This document shows positions 1-10,177 of a stretch of 64,000 nucleotides of DNA, in pieces. The stretch's first letter is position 1. Each line of letters starts with the position of its first letter. The position numbers and the translations under genes were made by a program. The stretch is taken from the IMG/VR virus record IMGVR_UViG_3300028840_003497, positions 112,268-176,267 of that record; one strand, given 5' to 3'. This DNA comes from a virus. Under the pieces are notes generated by a model that was given only the letters and a program-made list of their open reading frames with translations, searched no databases and was not told the origin of the DNA.

Positions 1-257
1 TGAGGTCCTGTGCAGTCTTTACCTCCTCTTCACTAACGTCCACACCGGTCCCTTGCCATGGCATCTCGATCACGATGTCGTCGGTCTTTTGTGTTAATTT
101 TTTTTCGATTTCTTTTGTCATGATTGGCTCCTTTTTTCTCCGGCATCTTACCGGGATCGTTTACGGCCTAAAAACAGCTTAAATCCGAAGCACTGCATAG
201 TCAACCATAATTAGGGCGTTTTTAAAACTAATCAAAAATAACTGCGTATTTAAAAAA

Positions 258-848
258 TCACACAGGAGTTGTGGATATCATAAACGACGTGAATATCTCA
301 GGATCATTGAGATCGAATTCGAATTCGGCCCCACGGACAGCGACAATCCCGGACAGTTCACCGACCTCAGATCGGTCGACGCGCACGCGAAAACCTTTCA
401 TCTCTCGGAATTCCCCATGCTCTCCAGTTATCAAGTATTCGTCCTCTACCACGAACTTGCGTTCACCGAATTTATCGAACCACCCGATCACATCCTCTGG
501 GGAATCTCCGTACCCGCAGGTCAGCAAGCAAACCGCGTGGCGCATCAGGGCGTTCACAAAATCATCAAAGTGCTGGAGGCAAGACATAACTACCATTTCA
601 TCGACCATCTTAATCGACCCTGCGAGACGCCACTCCTCTCCCCAGTCTATAATCGATCCATGGACCTTCTCCTGGATTTCTCCGTTGAAGTCGAAGATGA
701 TCACATTCGTATTATCGTACTCAAACCGAGGCTTCCAATAGATATCAATGGCCTCGTCAGTCCGAACCCCCTTGATCCACAGACCTCTTCGACTTCGAGC
801 CAAATACTCCGATGGCCCGAGTCCGTTCGCTATTTCTGACTTTTTCAT
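258..848 (-). CDS. hypothetical protein
   Basis: 196-aa ORF with GGAGGAG RBS upstream; no recognised motif. Confidence 0.6.
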   Translation of the reverse strand: MKKSEIANGLGPSEYLARSRRGLWIKGVRTDEAIDIYWKPRFEYDNTNVIIFDFNGEIQEKVHGSIIDWGEEWRLAGSIKMVDEMVVMSCLQHFDDFVNALMRHAVCLLTCGYGDSPEDVIGWFDKFGERKFVVEDEYLITGEHGEFREMKGFRVRVDRSEVGELSGIVAVRGAEFEFDLNDPEIFTSFMISTTPV

Positions 849-1123
849 ATTCCTCCTCCGTCAGAACATCAGTGCGCCACACGTATCGAAAGATCCCCAT
901 TAAATATACACAGACAGCTTTTACATCCGGACCCGGACGTCTGTTGCTCTTCTCCTCCATCCGGTCCAGATGAGATCTGATCTTCTTTGTATAAGCTGGC
1001 TTTTTACAAGGCGTAAATCTAGGAATCTTCCTGATCCCCTTCTCTCGATTGATCACGAAGTTCATATCTTTGGCCGTCCATAAATCTATTTTCATCTTAT
1101 CAATATTGGACAGCACCCCACCA

Positions 1124-2197
1124 CTATTTCTTTTGGGATTCACGATCTTTCCGCATTTTCTCGCGCATTTCATCCAGATCGTTCTTGGCCTCCTCCTCGG
1201 ACTTGGCCTCCTTCTCAGCATCCTTTTCTACTTCCTCGTCACTCTTTTGCTGATCGATCATGCGCTGCTCAAGGGTATCGACTGCAGACGAAACCGAGGC
1301 GATACGCTTACGCTTCATCTCTTCGACGCCCATTGCCATAAACTCTGGCATCATAACGTTCTCCTCGTCGCCATTCGGAGACTCGTCGACAACACCCATT
1401 TCATTTTCCAACTCATCCTGGTCGTTCTCCGGTCCGTTCGTGTTGATTCGATTCTCACTTGGATCTTCATCCGGAATCCCGCCAAGAAGTCGTTCTAACA
1501 TCGAAGCCTTCTCCAGGATGTTACCGATCTTGACTTTCGCCATGTTCGACCACACAGCACCTTCCTCCTCCGTCGGGACCGATCCGATGCGACCAACATC
1601 TCCATCCGGCATCGCGTTCCCGGCCTCCTCGTAGGAACTCGCTGCCTCAGCCAACGATCCGAATACCTGTGTAACATCCCCATCTTTAATCACGAACACA
1701 TCCAATTCTTCTGCACTAACAGTGAATTTCTCTAATGCGTCCTCGCGCTGCAATTCCTGCATCGCCTTCGGGATCATGCCGATTGGAAATGTCGCCCCCG
1801 GAGGAAGCACCCAAAGGTGCGCCTGATGATCGGCGATCTGACCCATGCGGCGCATCTCGGACGGAAACAGTTCGACACCCTCCGCCATTCCGCTGAGCAA
1901 CTCACTCTTGATAGCCTGCTTTTCGGCCCACGGAATCTCAATTTTTTTCCTGTCATGACGAGCAATGATGAGGTGGATAACTTCCATCGGCTGCGGACGA
2001 CCATCAGGCCCTGGAACAGAGAACGCATCCGACATTGTCTTCTTCAGAAAAACGCCGTATTTATTGTTCTCGAACGTGGCGATGACTCCCATCTCCTCAG
2101 CCCCCTCCGGATTCTTGATCCGAAAGAACTCCGTCATTGGACCACTCATCTTGTTGCGATCGATCCTGTGAACTTTTCTTGTTTTTTTGCCAGCCAT
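1124..2197 (-). CDS. phage protein with conserved N-terminal domain (DUF7694-like) and acidic coiled-coil tail
   Basis: HLIIARHD..PWAEKQAIKSEL....GVELFP.......HLW pattern typical of this phage family. Confidence 0.6.
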   Translation of the reverse strand: MAGKKTRKVHRIDRNKMSGPMTEFFRIKNPEGAEEMGVIATFENNKYGVFLKKTMSDAFSVPGPDGRPQPMEVIHLIIARHDRKKIEIPWAEKQAIKSELLSGMAEGVELFPSEMRRMGQIADHQAHLWVLPPGATFPIGMIPKAMQELQREDALEKFTVSAEELDVFVIKDGDVTQVFGSLAEAASSYEEAGNAMPDGDVGRIGSVPTEEEGAVWSNMAKVKIGNILEKASMLERLLGGIPDEDPSENRINTNGPENDQDELENEMGVVDESPNGDEENVMMPEFMAMGVEEMKRKRIASVSSAVDTLEQRMIDQQKSDEEVEKDAEKEAKSEEEAKNDLDEMREKMRKDRESQKK

Positions 2198-2418
2198 TAT
2201 TCTTCTCCTTCAATATCCATGCGCTCACATTCGAGCGTTGTGATTCTCTTCGTCATCAGAAAGTTTCCGTTCTTCTCATTCTCCCAAAGGATCTGAAACA
2301 TCCGAACTTTCTTCCTCATGGACAGCCATGAGATCAGGGTACCAACAAGCATTCCCCCAGCGAACAATCCCACATTTAAAACCCAGTACATCACTTGTCT
2401 TTCATCTCCTCGGACCAC
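2197..2418 (-). CDS. small membrane protein
   Basis: One hydrophobic helix; stop abuts start of next gene. Confidence 0.55.
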   Translation of the reverse strand: MVRGDERQVMYWVLNVGLFAGGMLVGTLISWLSMRKKVRMFQILWENEKNGNFLMTKRITTLECERMDIEGEE

Positions 2419-2924
2419 CGTACAAGATTACGACGTAGAATCATCGCAGAAGCGTGCAATGGACCCCTCTGAAAAGTCGGCCCCGATTCACCTGTTTCCG
2501 GGTTTACACCGCATATCTGAGGACAATACCCCGACGGATACCCTTCCACCATAATCCACTCATCTATAATTGTGCCAATACCAGCCTTCCCTGTCTGAAG
2601 CAGGTTTGATGCCATCCGGCACTCGTTCTCTACCCAAGACCGCGCCAAATCAAATCTGGTTGTTTCCAAATTGACCATATGCTCGGACTTGGGGAGATCT
2701 TCAACTATCCCGCGACCATGCGATAGAGTTATGTCTATCCGAACAATACGCCCCTTGAACCACGCAGTTTTCAGATAAAGATCATGCTGTCCGATTTCGA
2801 TCTTTGCACTAATACCAGAGAGTCCGACCCCGCGCATCGCAGCATCGATCTCCCGCCATTCCTTGTTTTCCGAAAGGGACGGTCCATCTGCAAGCAATTC
2901 CTGTAACTTGTTTTCTTGGTTCAT
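2391..2924 (-). CDS. stand-alone TSCPD-like domain protein (resembles the C-terminal domain of class II ribonucleotide reductase)
   Basis: KIEIGQHDLYLKT...RIDI...ASNLLQTG...YPSG resembles NrdJ KIGGHKVYL...ISLGLQYG...FEPSG. Confidence 0.45.
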   Translation of the reverse strand: MNQENKLQELLADGPSLSENKEWREIDAAMRGVGLSGISAKIEIGQHDLYLKTAWFKGRIVRIDITLSHGRGIVEDLPKSEHMVNLETTRFDLARSWVENECRMASNLLQTGKAGIGTIIDEWIMVEGYPSGYCPQICGVNPETGESGPTFQRGPLHASAMILRRNLVRWSEEMKDK

Positions 2925-3247
2925 ATCTGTGGAACCTCTCTTATATCCTCTGGGACATTTTTCATAGCCTCAAGAAACATCCGTGTGGCCTCACACTCCC
3001 CTACAACTCCAACCAGCGCGTTCATCGCACCCATATAGCGTCTCATAAACTGAAGGCAGTTCTGTTCCAGCATCCCGTGCCTGAGACGAATATACTCTAC
3101 CGATAACATGTGGGATATTTGTCCATGATTCGCTGGATCATCGAGGCCAAGGATTTTCTTGGCAGTGTCCGGAATTTGTTCAATCCGGGCCTCTATATAA
3201 TCCTGCGGCTCCATCGTCGCAATATTCGGTTTTCCATCAGTCATCAA
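2921..3247 (-). CDS. hypothetical protein
   Basis: 108-aa ORF, ATGA overlap with downstream gene. Confidence 0.65.
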   Translation of the reverse strand: MMTDGKPNIATMEPQDYIEARIEQIPDTAKKILGLDDPANHGQISHMLSVEYIRLRHGMLEQNCLQFMRRYMGAMNALVGVVGECEATRMFLEAMKNVPEDIREVPQI

Positions 3248-3265
3248 ATATCAGCCTTCAACAAC

Positions 3266-3335
3266 AAAAAAACTGCCGACTGCCCGGGTTCGGATGTGGG
3301 GGGGGACATCCGGGAGACCCGGGTCAGCCGGGCAG
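3266..3335 (-). terminator. long GC-rich hairpin followed by T7, probable intrinsic terminator
   Basis: Minus strand CTGCCCGGCTGACCCGGG...CGGATGT-C-run-ACATCCG..CCCGGGCAGTCGGCAG then TTTTTTT, right after stop at 3341. Confidence 0.7.
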
Positions 3336-3340
3336 CAAGA

Positions 3341-4192
3341 CTAAATCTCGTTAGACTGCGCTCCTAGCTGCCGAGCCCACCGAGTTATTTTAGCATCATA
3401 CCATTCACAACGGTAACCACGCCAGTATAACCATGGCCTTTTCGACTTAAAAATGCGCCCTCTCTTCCTCATTGCATAAGCCGCCTCCGTAGCGCTCCCA
3501 CGAACAGACAGCATATTCGCAAAATCCCGTGGGTTCGAATAAAACCTCGACAGCAATTGCGCCGTCCCGAGATCGAACCCCGATTTATTGTAATACGTGT
3601 TCATGTCTTCATTCTGAACCACGGCAAGAATCTCATCCTCTGTGTGCGATATGCATCGCTTCTTCTTCTTAAGGATCCCTAGCCGATATGCCGTCTTCCT
3701 CGGATGCGTGCCGAGAGCACATCTGTCGAACTGAGACTCGTTTCGGATCGTCCCGGCCAACCCCCAAGGATTAAGAGTGAACCCTGCATCATCGGATTCA
3801 TCGGAGACCTCGTCAGCGGCTCTCACAATTTCATATGCATAGAACAGCGCCCTATCCTCGATCTCCTTTTCTCCATCCATCAACTCTCCGCACTCCCACC
3901 ATCCATCCTTTTTATAATTGGCAATACCATCTGCCAAACGACCAATGATCTGCAATTGATGCTTGCTCAGTGGATCAATGGTTACCTTCTCTTGTCCTGT
4001 ATCTTTCTTCACATTCGCCAATGTTACAGGAAGCTCATCTGGTTCAAAAATATCGCTCCCACAAAACGGCACATAATCTCCCCCTCGATCCTGCGCCTCC
4101 AAAACAATATCAGAACTCGGCCACGCCACGGCAGCCAATGCTCCGATGGCCAATATAGAGGCCATTACAATCAATCTAATAATCTTTTTCAT
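3341..4192 (-). CDS. secreted or membrane-anchored lytic transglycosylase (SLT)-like protein
   Basis: N-terminal hydrophobic segment; IRNES (catalytic Glu) and DLGTAQL motifs; start moved to MKKIIRL after GAGGAGG. Confidence 0.55.
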   Translation of the reverse strand: MKKIIRLIVMASILAIGALAAVAWPSSDIVLEAQDRGGDYVPFCGSDIFEPDELPVTLANVKKDTGQEKVTIDPLSKHQLQIIGRLADGIANYKKDGWWECGELMDGEKEIEDRALFYAYEIVRAADEVSDESDDAGFTLNPWGLAGTIRNESQFDRCALGTHPRKTAYRLGILKKKKRCISHTEDEILAVVQNEDMNTYYNKSGFDLGTAQLLSRFYSNPRDFANMLSVRGSATEAAYAMRKRGRIFKSKRPWLYWRGYRCEWYDAKITRWARQLGAQSNEI

Positions 4193-4277
4193 CTCTTCCT
4201 CCTCGCCAGACACTGCACAATCCAATAAATGTTCCGGCTTTAGAACAAGACATTATACCCTTTATCTCTATTAATCG

Positions 4278-4658
4278 TCAAAAGTCCCCTCGCAGAGAAT
4301 CCACAGTATGGCTCCCGCATCTCGGACAGACATGATTTTCTTTCTGATCCAACGTCTGAGGCTCTGGGGAATCCAGACCGTTCCACCCGCATTCTTCTAC
4401 CTCCAAGCGGAGATGTTTGCACGTCTCCCGGAACTTAAACCCAGGGCATGTGCATCCTATTTCTCCCTGAACAAAAGACCCGCTAACCTCGTACATAGTT
4501 TCTGGATCCGACGAAGACGGAATAGAAATCACAAACGTCTTTCGATCAGCTTGGCACGCCTGGAACGTCCTTATCTTACGTTGATGATCCTCTTCTTTTT
4601 TTACAGTATCAAACACCTGGTCCTCCCTGCCGCAATCCTCGCAGCCATCGATCAACAT
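4278..4658 (-). CDS. SWIM zinc-finger protein
   Basis: YEV...CTCPGFKFRETCKH SWIM motif plus extra CxxC pairs. Confidence 0.75.
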   Translation of the reverse strand: MLIDGCEDCGREDQVFDTVKKEEDHQRKIRTFQACQADRKTFVISIPSSSDPETMYEVSGSFVQGEIGCTCPGFKFRETCKHLRLEVEECGWNGLDSPEPQTLDQKENHVCPRCGSHTVDSLRGDF

Positions 4659-4668
4659 ACTGCCGTCT

Positions 4669-5100
4669 TTACACCGATTTGTCAACAGCATCCTCCGGAT
4701 CAATCCCATAGATCTTACACGATCCTTTTGCAAAAATAATAGCCCGTTCACATTGCTTCTTTGTGAATCGCCCGATGTGACAATCGCTCTCCGTCATCCG
4801 CATATGAGATTGCAACTTACGATACGCTCCCCCGCGCGAGAGGTTCCCTGTCTTCCATAAAGCATCGAACCAACGATGCAATTCCCTCCTGGCATCGCGA
4901 GTTTCCTTATTAGCCGGAATCCCCAGCGGAGATCCGTCAGGATGACACCCGTGGAAACACTTGCATTTAGGAAAGTTGTCACAGCTATAAAAACGTCCAC
5001 TCCTCATGTCAACAAGATGCATCTGCCCACCGCACTGTGGACACTCCAATACCGTCTCGCCATCATTCGACTCACCAGTAAACGCATTAACTATCCTCAT
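4669..5100 (-). CDS. zinc-finger protein (DUF3268-like)
   Basis: CPQCG...C..C..GCH...PLG..A....R.AR...H..FD.LW...AY..L.......CHIG.F...QC. Confidence 0.8.
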   Translation of the reverse strand: MRIVNAFTGESNDGETVLECPQCGGQMHLVDMRSGRFYSCDNFPKCKCFHGCHPDGSPLGIPANKETRDARRELHRWFDALWKTGNLSRGGAYRKLQSHMRMTESDCHIGRFTKKQCERAIIFAKGSCKIYGIDPEDAVDKSV

Positions 5101-6779
5101 TAATTTCTCATCGACAGCTTGAATAACTGACTACCGCGTGCAAACAAGACCTCATTTCCACGTTTAAACAGACGCATATCGCCTCCTATCATCGGATCCG
5201 AGATGCGCTTCACACCGTCTACTGTCGGCGTCGCCCCGAAGAGTACCAGATCCTCCACCTCGTCGATATGAGCACAGACCCCCTTGTCCAGGGTCACGAA
5301 GTTGATCCCGGAGTAGGCGACGTCCTCGTCCTTCCAAAACAGGATCGCATTCACGTAATCGCGCTCGAAACGATAGACAAACTTGTCGTACTGGCCGTTC
5401 TTCGTACCGATCACAATCATCACCCGGTGATCATGTTTGGCATCAACAATCCGGTACCCGTCCAACTCTTTTAGCCGAACCTGATTACACATCTGCGATC
5501 CAGGAAACACCGAGGCATACCAGGATCCCAGCATGTTTTGGATCGCCACTCCATCAAACAGTTGTGTTGCCATCGGCATCACATTCGCCACAGGATGTGG
5601 GAAGACCTGCGTGTTATTCCCGACCTTCCTGATCATCAACTCGATCACGTTCTCGTCGTAATGAATGTAAAAACGGCCATCGTAGGCCATCATTGATTGA
5701 CAGGGCGCACGTTGCCCCACAGGGAGCAGCGTCTTTGCATTGACCAAGTATGCCTCCCCACCTTCACGTCGCCCGTACAAGGGATCCTGATCGCTCGTGT
5801 GGCCGAAACATCCGTCCCCCTGGATGGAGAACGGTGTCCCTCGATCCTTCGTGAGGCACACGACAGACCCGTCCATCGCAATAAGGTCGAACCCATCAAT
5901 CCTATCGTATCGAAAGATATTCCGTTCGAGGCCGAACACCTCGGATATCTTGAGTCGGTCCGTACTCGAAATATTTCGAGGAGCTACAAAGACCACCCCC
6001 AATCCTAAACCCTTCGGCGGAGGCACCCGACGACCATCCTCGAACACTGCCTTATACCAGCGCCTGTACGCCTCCGGGATCGTCTCGAAGCTCGGGACCA
6101 TCTTCGGGACCTTCACGTCGTCGTTGAACACCGAGAGGTTCTGCAGCATCCGATCTGCCATCTTCTTCACCGACGGGTGCTTGCCCTTAAACGGATGAAT
6201 CCCGGTGAACAACTGAAATGTCACAATGCCCCAGGAAAACCAGTCGGTCTCCCGCGTCCAACTCTTGGCCTGCCAGTCCCGGATGCTGTCCATGATCGCC
6301 GTCGCCGGATAACTCTTAGTCTGATAACTATCGACATCGATCCAGAAAACATCGCTCCCTTTCAGAAGCAGATTCATCTCGTTCAAATCGACCACTAGAA
6401 CATCGGCGGAGTGGATCCCCTCTAATCCGTCCTGCATATCGCGGACGATACCGAACACATCGTCGGGGCCGATTCCATTCCTCTTCTTGTACGCCTTCGT
6501 GAATAACTGACAAATGGGGGACGCATCCTTCACAAATCTCATCGAATATCCAACCGGTTTGTTGCGTGAATCCAATAGCACATTGAGAGGCTTTATGACG
6601 TTCTTGTTTCTGATCTTCGACAACTCCTCGATTTTTTGCTCTGGGATCATTTTTTTTGGGTTTGCATAGATCTTGTATGCCGTGCTGCCACGGACATACA
6701 CACTACCTTCGCCACCCGAACCCACAAAATCACGCTTCGACAGACTAACCTGACCGCCCCCCAGGATCTTGATTTTCAT
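5100..6779 (-). CDS. Ser/Thr protein kinase (YegI/TerY-P type) with beta-rich C-terminal domain
   Basis: GSGGEGSVY glycine loop, AYKIY lysine, VVDLNEMN catalytic loop, IDVDS, TDWFS..I..FQLFTGIHPF. Confidence 0.9.
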   Translation of the reverse strand: MKIKILGGGQVSLSKRDFVGSGGEGSVYVRGSTAYKIYANPKKMIPEQKIEELSKIRNKNVIKPLNVLLDSRNKPVGYSMRFVKDASPICQLFTKAYKKRNGIGPDDVFGIVRDMQDGLEGIHSADVLVVDLNEMNLLLKGSDVFWIDVDSYQTKSYPATAIMDSIRDWQAKSWTRETDWFSWGIVTFQLFTGIHPFKGKHPSVKKMADRMLQNLSVFNDDVKVPKMVPSFETIPEAYRRWYKAVFEDGRRVPPPKGLGLGVVFVAPRNISSTDRLKISEVFGLERNIFRYDRIDGFDLIAMDGSVVCLTKDRGTPFSIQGDGCFGHTSDQDPLYGRREGGEAYLVNAKTLLPVGQRAPCQSMMAYDGRFYIHYDENVIELMIRKVGNNTQVFPHPVANVMPMATQLFDGVAIQNMLGSWYASVFPGSQMCNQVRLKELDGYRIVDAKHDHRVMIVIGTKNGQYDKFVYRFERDYVNAILFWKDEDVAYSGINFVTLDKGVCAHIDEVEDLVLFGATPTVDGVKRISDPMIGGDMRLFKRGNEVLFARGSQLFKLSMRN

Positions 6780-6910
6780 CTCAACCCCTTGTCAGGATGT
6801 TCGATCAGGACAAACTTTGAAATATCATCTTGAAAATGATTCCCGTATTCTGGGCTGTCGTCGATCATCAGATCAATCTCGTATTCCTTGCAAATCTTCG
6901 CCTTCCCCAT
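6776..6910 (-). pseudogene. C-terminal remnant of a HAD-family (5'-nucleotidase-like) gene
   Basis: Frame reads GKAKICKEYEIDLMIDDSPEY (HAD motifs III/IV); its TGA overlaps the kinase ATG. Confidence 0.55.
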
Positions 6911-7217
6911 GAATTAAGATTTCACCAGGATCCGGACGATAACTCTCCAGCCACTCCAGGTAATACCGATAAAAATAAGGACACTTGCTCCGAAGGAAGT
7001 CTATCTCGTCCTTGGTGAACTTGAGTTCGCAATATGCCTGAATCTGTTCCTTGAGCCGATCCACGAAGGATGACCCCCAAGGCGTCTCGCCCCTGTCGAT
7101 GAAACGGTATTCGACAACCGCGTCCGGGAAGAGCCGGAACACGGCGTTCTGCATGCTAAATTTATAGAGATCATCGTCTAAAAGGCTACTAATAATACAA
7201 CTATCAATATTGCTCAT
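6873..7217 (-). pseudogene. pncB: nicotinate phosphoribosyltransferase, N-terminal fragment only
   Basis: IISSLLDDDLYKFSMQNAV...YRFIDRG...LKFT.DEIDFL is the PncB N-terminus; only 114 aa of a roughly 400-aa enzyme. Confidence 0.8.
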
Positions 7218-7221
7218 TTTG

Positions 7222-7827
7222 TTAACACTCCACGCCAAACTCGCGCTCGGCCATCCTCTGGTTGTCGATCGGAATCAGAGCACCAAGATTCGATTCGTAA
7301 AGCGCCACGTAGACATCCCCTGCCCACTCCCCCAGTGCATTGTACGGCATATTGGCGATATAGAATAGCTGGCTCATCGAGTGCTGCCCGGTCGGACCTG
7401 AGTGGCAAAGAACACCCTCCACGAATTCCGTCGCGTTCCCGAAGTCCACCTCCTTATGCATCTCATCCTTCGAGTACGACGGGAGCGGCTTGACTATGTG
7501 CATCTGCTCCCTGAACCGGTTACCACCCTCGTCGTAGTCGGCGTCGTCCCCGACGTAAATGTACGGCCCATTGGCTTCGAACTGCCATCTGGTTGGATCG
7601 AAGATCGTCCCGTCCGGCATCAGCACCCAGCCATGAACAACAAGGGTCTTGTTACCACACCGCTCGTCCCACGGAGATCCATCCTCGATGTACCCGAGAA
7701 AGTGCCCGTAGACCGGATGCCCATCGACAACCCCGGCCTTTACGCACTCGCACGCAATCCCGTAACACTGAGCCACCCAGTCCTCGACCGGAATACCAAT
7801 TTCCTCCGCCACTTTGTTAATATCCAT
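7222..7827 (-). CDS. transglutaminase/papain-like fold protein
   Basis: QCY..A ... HGWV ... DPT gives a Cys-His-Asp triad pattern. Confidence 0.5.
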   Translation of the reverse strand: MDINKVAEEIGIPVEDWVAQCYGIACECVKAGVVDGHPVYGHFLGYIEDGSPWDERCGNKTLVVHGWVLMPDGTIFDPTRWQFEANGPYIYVGDDADYDEGGNRFREQMHIVKPLPSYSKDEMHKEVDFGNATEFVEGVLCHSGPTGQHSMSQLFYIANMPYNALGEWAGDVYVALYESNLGALIPIDNQRMAEREFGVEC

Positions 7828-7868
7828 TTGTATCCTCCCGCCGTCATCTCGACGGCTATCTTACAGAC

Positions 7869-7898
7869 ACCTTAGTCCGTCCAGTAGCGTTTGTCAAC
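7869..7898 (-). promoter_or_regulatory. sigma70-like promoter
   Basis: TTGACA-17 nt-TAAGGT; member of the GTTGACWAAC family. Confidence 0.6.
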
Positions 7899-8784
7899 CT
7901 ACATGAACCGCTCCCATAGACAGATCGTCGTCGTGGCTCCACCCGCGCTTCTCACATTCGCGCAGGAAGCCCTGCATTCGCCGCTTAACGAACTCTCCCT
8001 TGTACCCTTTGAACTCCATCATCTCGCGGACCACGTCCAGCCAGGGAACGCTCTGGCGATCCTGATCGACGAAGCTTTTCACTCCGTCCGAAAATACAGC
8101 CACTGTCTCGATGAAATCATCATCGTCCACGCAACCCGGATCTTCGCCATCGGTCGTCAGATCCCTCACCCCATCCGGATATCCCCGGAAATAATCCTGG
8201 CGGAACAAGTCCAGATCGTTGCTCCAGAAACATCTCTCGTCTTGCTCAATCGTGTCTCCGTTCTCGTGAACGTAGTCCACCCTCCACCCCTTCTCGGGAT
8301 CCTCTCGCATCCTCTGCTGGACCGCCATCAAACGGGACCGGCTCAAAAAATAGGACGGGTAGAGAGGAAATCCCGACGGTGAAACGATGTCAAAAATCGC
8401 GATCCCTCCTAAATGCATCCGGAACGCAATCGTCCCGTCGCCCATCCCGAAAACGTTAATCCTGTGATCGACAAACACCCCGAGCAACGTCGCATCAAGC
8501 ATCTCCTCCGGCATCCCCATTAGACGCTGGATCGCAGCTGCCGAAGCGACGATATGACGCATGTCATGTGCGTCCTCGATTCCGAGCCGCCGCAGAAGAA
8601 ACTGCTCCGCCGAAGACACAATCACCCGGGCTCCCACATCCGAGTCCTGGCTACCGGAACACCCGTCCGACACGAAGGCATACCCGAGCCCCTTTGCGCG
8701 CCCGGCAACCTCCCCAGATCTCGCGTAGTCCTCGCAGACCTTGTGCGAGTGCCCTATCGTAAATGCGTGATCAGCTTGCATCAA
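7894..8784 (-). CDS. PP2C-like protein phosphatase (YegK/TerY-P type)
   Basis: H...CED, VSDGCSG, GDG, FSDG, DDLS motifs. Confidence 0.9.
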   Translation of the reverse strand: MMQADHAFTIGHSHKVCEDYARSGEVAGRAKGLGYAFVSDGCSGSQDSDVGARVIVSSAEQFLLRRLGIEDAHDMRHIVASAAAIQRLMGMPEEMLDATLLGVFVDHRINVFGMGDGTIAFRMHLGGIAIFDIVSPSGFPLYPSYFLSRSRLMAVQQRMREDPEKGWRVDYVHENGDTIEQDERCFWSNDLDLFRQDYFRGYPDGVRDLTTDGEDPGCVDDDDFIETVAVFSDGVKSFVDQDRQSVPWLDVVREMMEFKGYKGEFVKRRMQGFLRECEKRGWSHDDDLSMGAVHVG

Positions 8785-9338
8785 CCACCTCCGTTGGCGG
8801 CCAGGACCTTCAGGTACTCGACCACCTTCTCGTCGGTCCAGGCATGAATACCAGTTTCCAACTTGGTAACGTTCTCATCCGGAAACAGTTCTCTACCGCT
8901 CTTCTCGATCAGCGTGTCCTTCCAATCGATACTCGTCACCCTCTTGCGGTCGCCGATCTCTATGTGACCGAGGCGTGTCATCACCTTGAACCATGGTCTG
9001 TGGAGGCAGCACGAATTGGGGCAGTAGCCGTTCGGTAGTTCCTCCATAAAAATTGGACCAAGCCCAGCATCGAGAAACATCCCCATGAACCGATCTCGCA
9101 TCGCCTTCTTCTTGACCTCCGTCTCCGGGTCCAACATCACCGTCGTAGCTTCCAAACCTTCTAAGAGAGCACTCCTGGCTTCACGGAGAGTATTCCAGTC
9201 AGCGTCATTATCCAATGAACGCTGTGACATCTTCACGTAGATCATCACGCCTATCATGTCAGATCCTAAGCGCTCCTCGTAGGTGGCCAATTCGTACCCA
9301 TCGTCCAGTGGCCTCGCAGGGTCAAGTCCAGCACGCAT
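8781..9338 (-). CDS. hypothetical protein
   Basis: 185-aa ORF coupled to both neighbours; PNGYC...PWF.V.T..G.I.IG.RKRV pattern. Confidence 0.7.
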   Translation of the reverse strand: MRAGLDPARPLDDGYELATYEERLGSDMIGVMIYVKMSQRSLDNDADWNTLREARSALLEGLEATTVMLDPETEVKKKAMRDRFMGMFLDAGLGPIFMEELPNGYCPNSCCLHRPWFKVMTRLGHIEIGDRKRVTSIDWKDTLIEKSGRELFPDENVTKLETGIHAWTDEKVVEYLKVLAANGGG

Positions 9339-10093
9339 CAGATACTCAGCGACGTTGGCTGCGACGCTCCTCCTGTGCCCAACGCCTGACTTTGAGCACT
9401 AATGCTCTTGCTTACAAACTCGGCCAACTTAGCGAGCGTCTTTGCATTGGCATCTTTGGTCTCGACATACTGAGTAATGCCAGCCGCATCTTTGAAATCA
9501 TTCAAGTACTTGTCAATGTCTGGGTAACTGCCCACGCCCACGCCGACAAGGATCGACACCATGCTCTCTGTCGCCTCGGATCTGGTCGCATCAATCAACG
9601 CTTTTTTGACCGCGCTTGCGCTCACCGCCGAACTGTTGTCGTCTCCGTCCGTGAGGATGAAGACGATGCTGTTCACCGCGAAATCGCTGTCGGTGAGACT
9701 CTTGGCGTAGTCGACCGCCGAGAGGACCGCGTTCTCCGACGCATCGAACAGGGCTGTCCCGCCTCCGCAATTCAGGATCCCGTCGTAGTCTCCGATATTG
9801 CAGTTTTCCAACAGCTTGTATCCGTGAATCTCATCCATCCGCTGGTTAAATGTCACCAGTCGGATCATCAGGTTGTCAGCCCTTGGCGAGAGTTTACAAG
9901 CATTGACGATCTCCTGAATCGCCTTCTCCAGATCGACACTGAACCGATCAACACTCCCGCTCACATCCACGATTAGATCGACGGTAGTGTACTCGGTCGC
10001 ACCCAACTCATCGATCCTGGTCGCGCTGTATCCGAAGGAAGTGTTCGGGAGCGACTTCTCCTCCATCATGGATTCATCATTTAGTTTCGGCAT
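9338..10093 (-). CDS. von Willebrand factor A domain protein (TerY/YegL-like)
   Basis: MIDAS DVSGS, GGTALFDA, ILTDG. Confidence 0.9.
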   Translation of the reverse strand: MPKLNDESMMEEKSLPNTSFGYSATRIDELGATEYTTVDLIVDVSGSVDRFSVDLEKAIQEIVNACKLSPRADNLMIRLVTFNQRMDEIHGYKLLENCNIGDYDGILNCGGGTALFDASENAVLSAVDYAKSLTDSDFAVNSIVFILTDGDDNSSAVSASAVKKALIDATRSEATESMVSILVGVGVGSYPDIDKYLNDFKDAAGITQYVETKDANAKTLAKLAEFVSKSISAQSQALGTGGASQPTSLSI

Positions 10094-10177
10094 ATTCTTA
10101 TCCTTTCCACAGGCTCATCTGGAACCATTTTAAAATTTTCAGACCTAAATTTTAATCCGCCACCGACGTTTTAAAAT

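Noticed and set aside
757-1221. 154-aa minus-strand ORF
   Set aside because: It overlaps both neighbours by about 90 nt; a shorter gene may exist but its boundaries cannot be supported.
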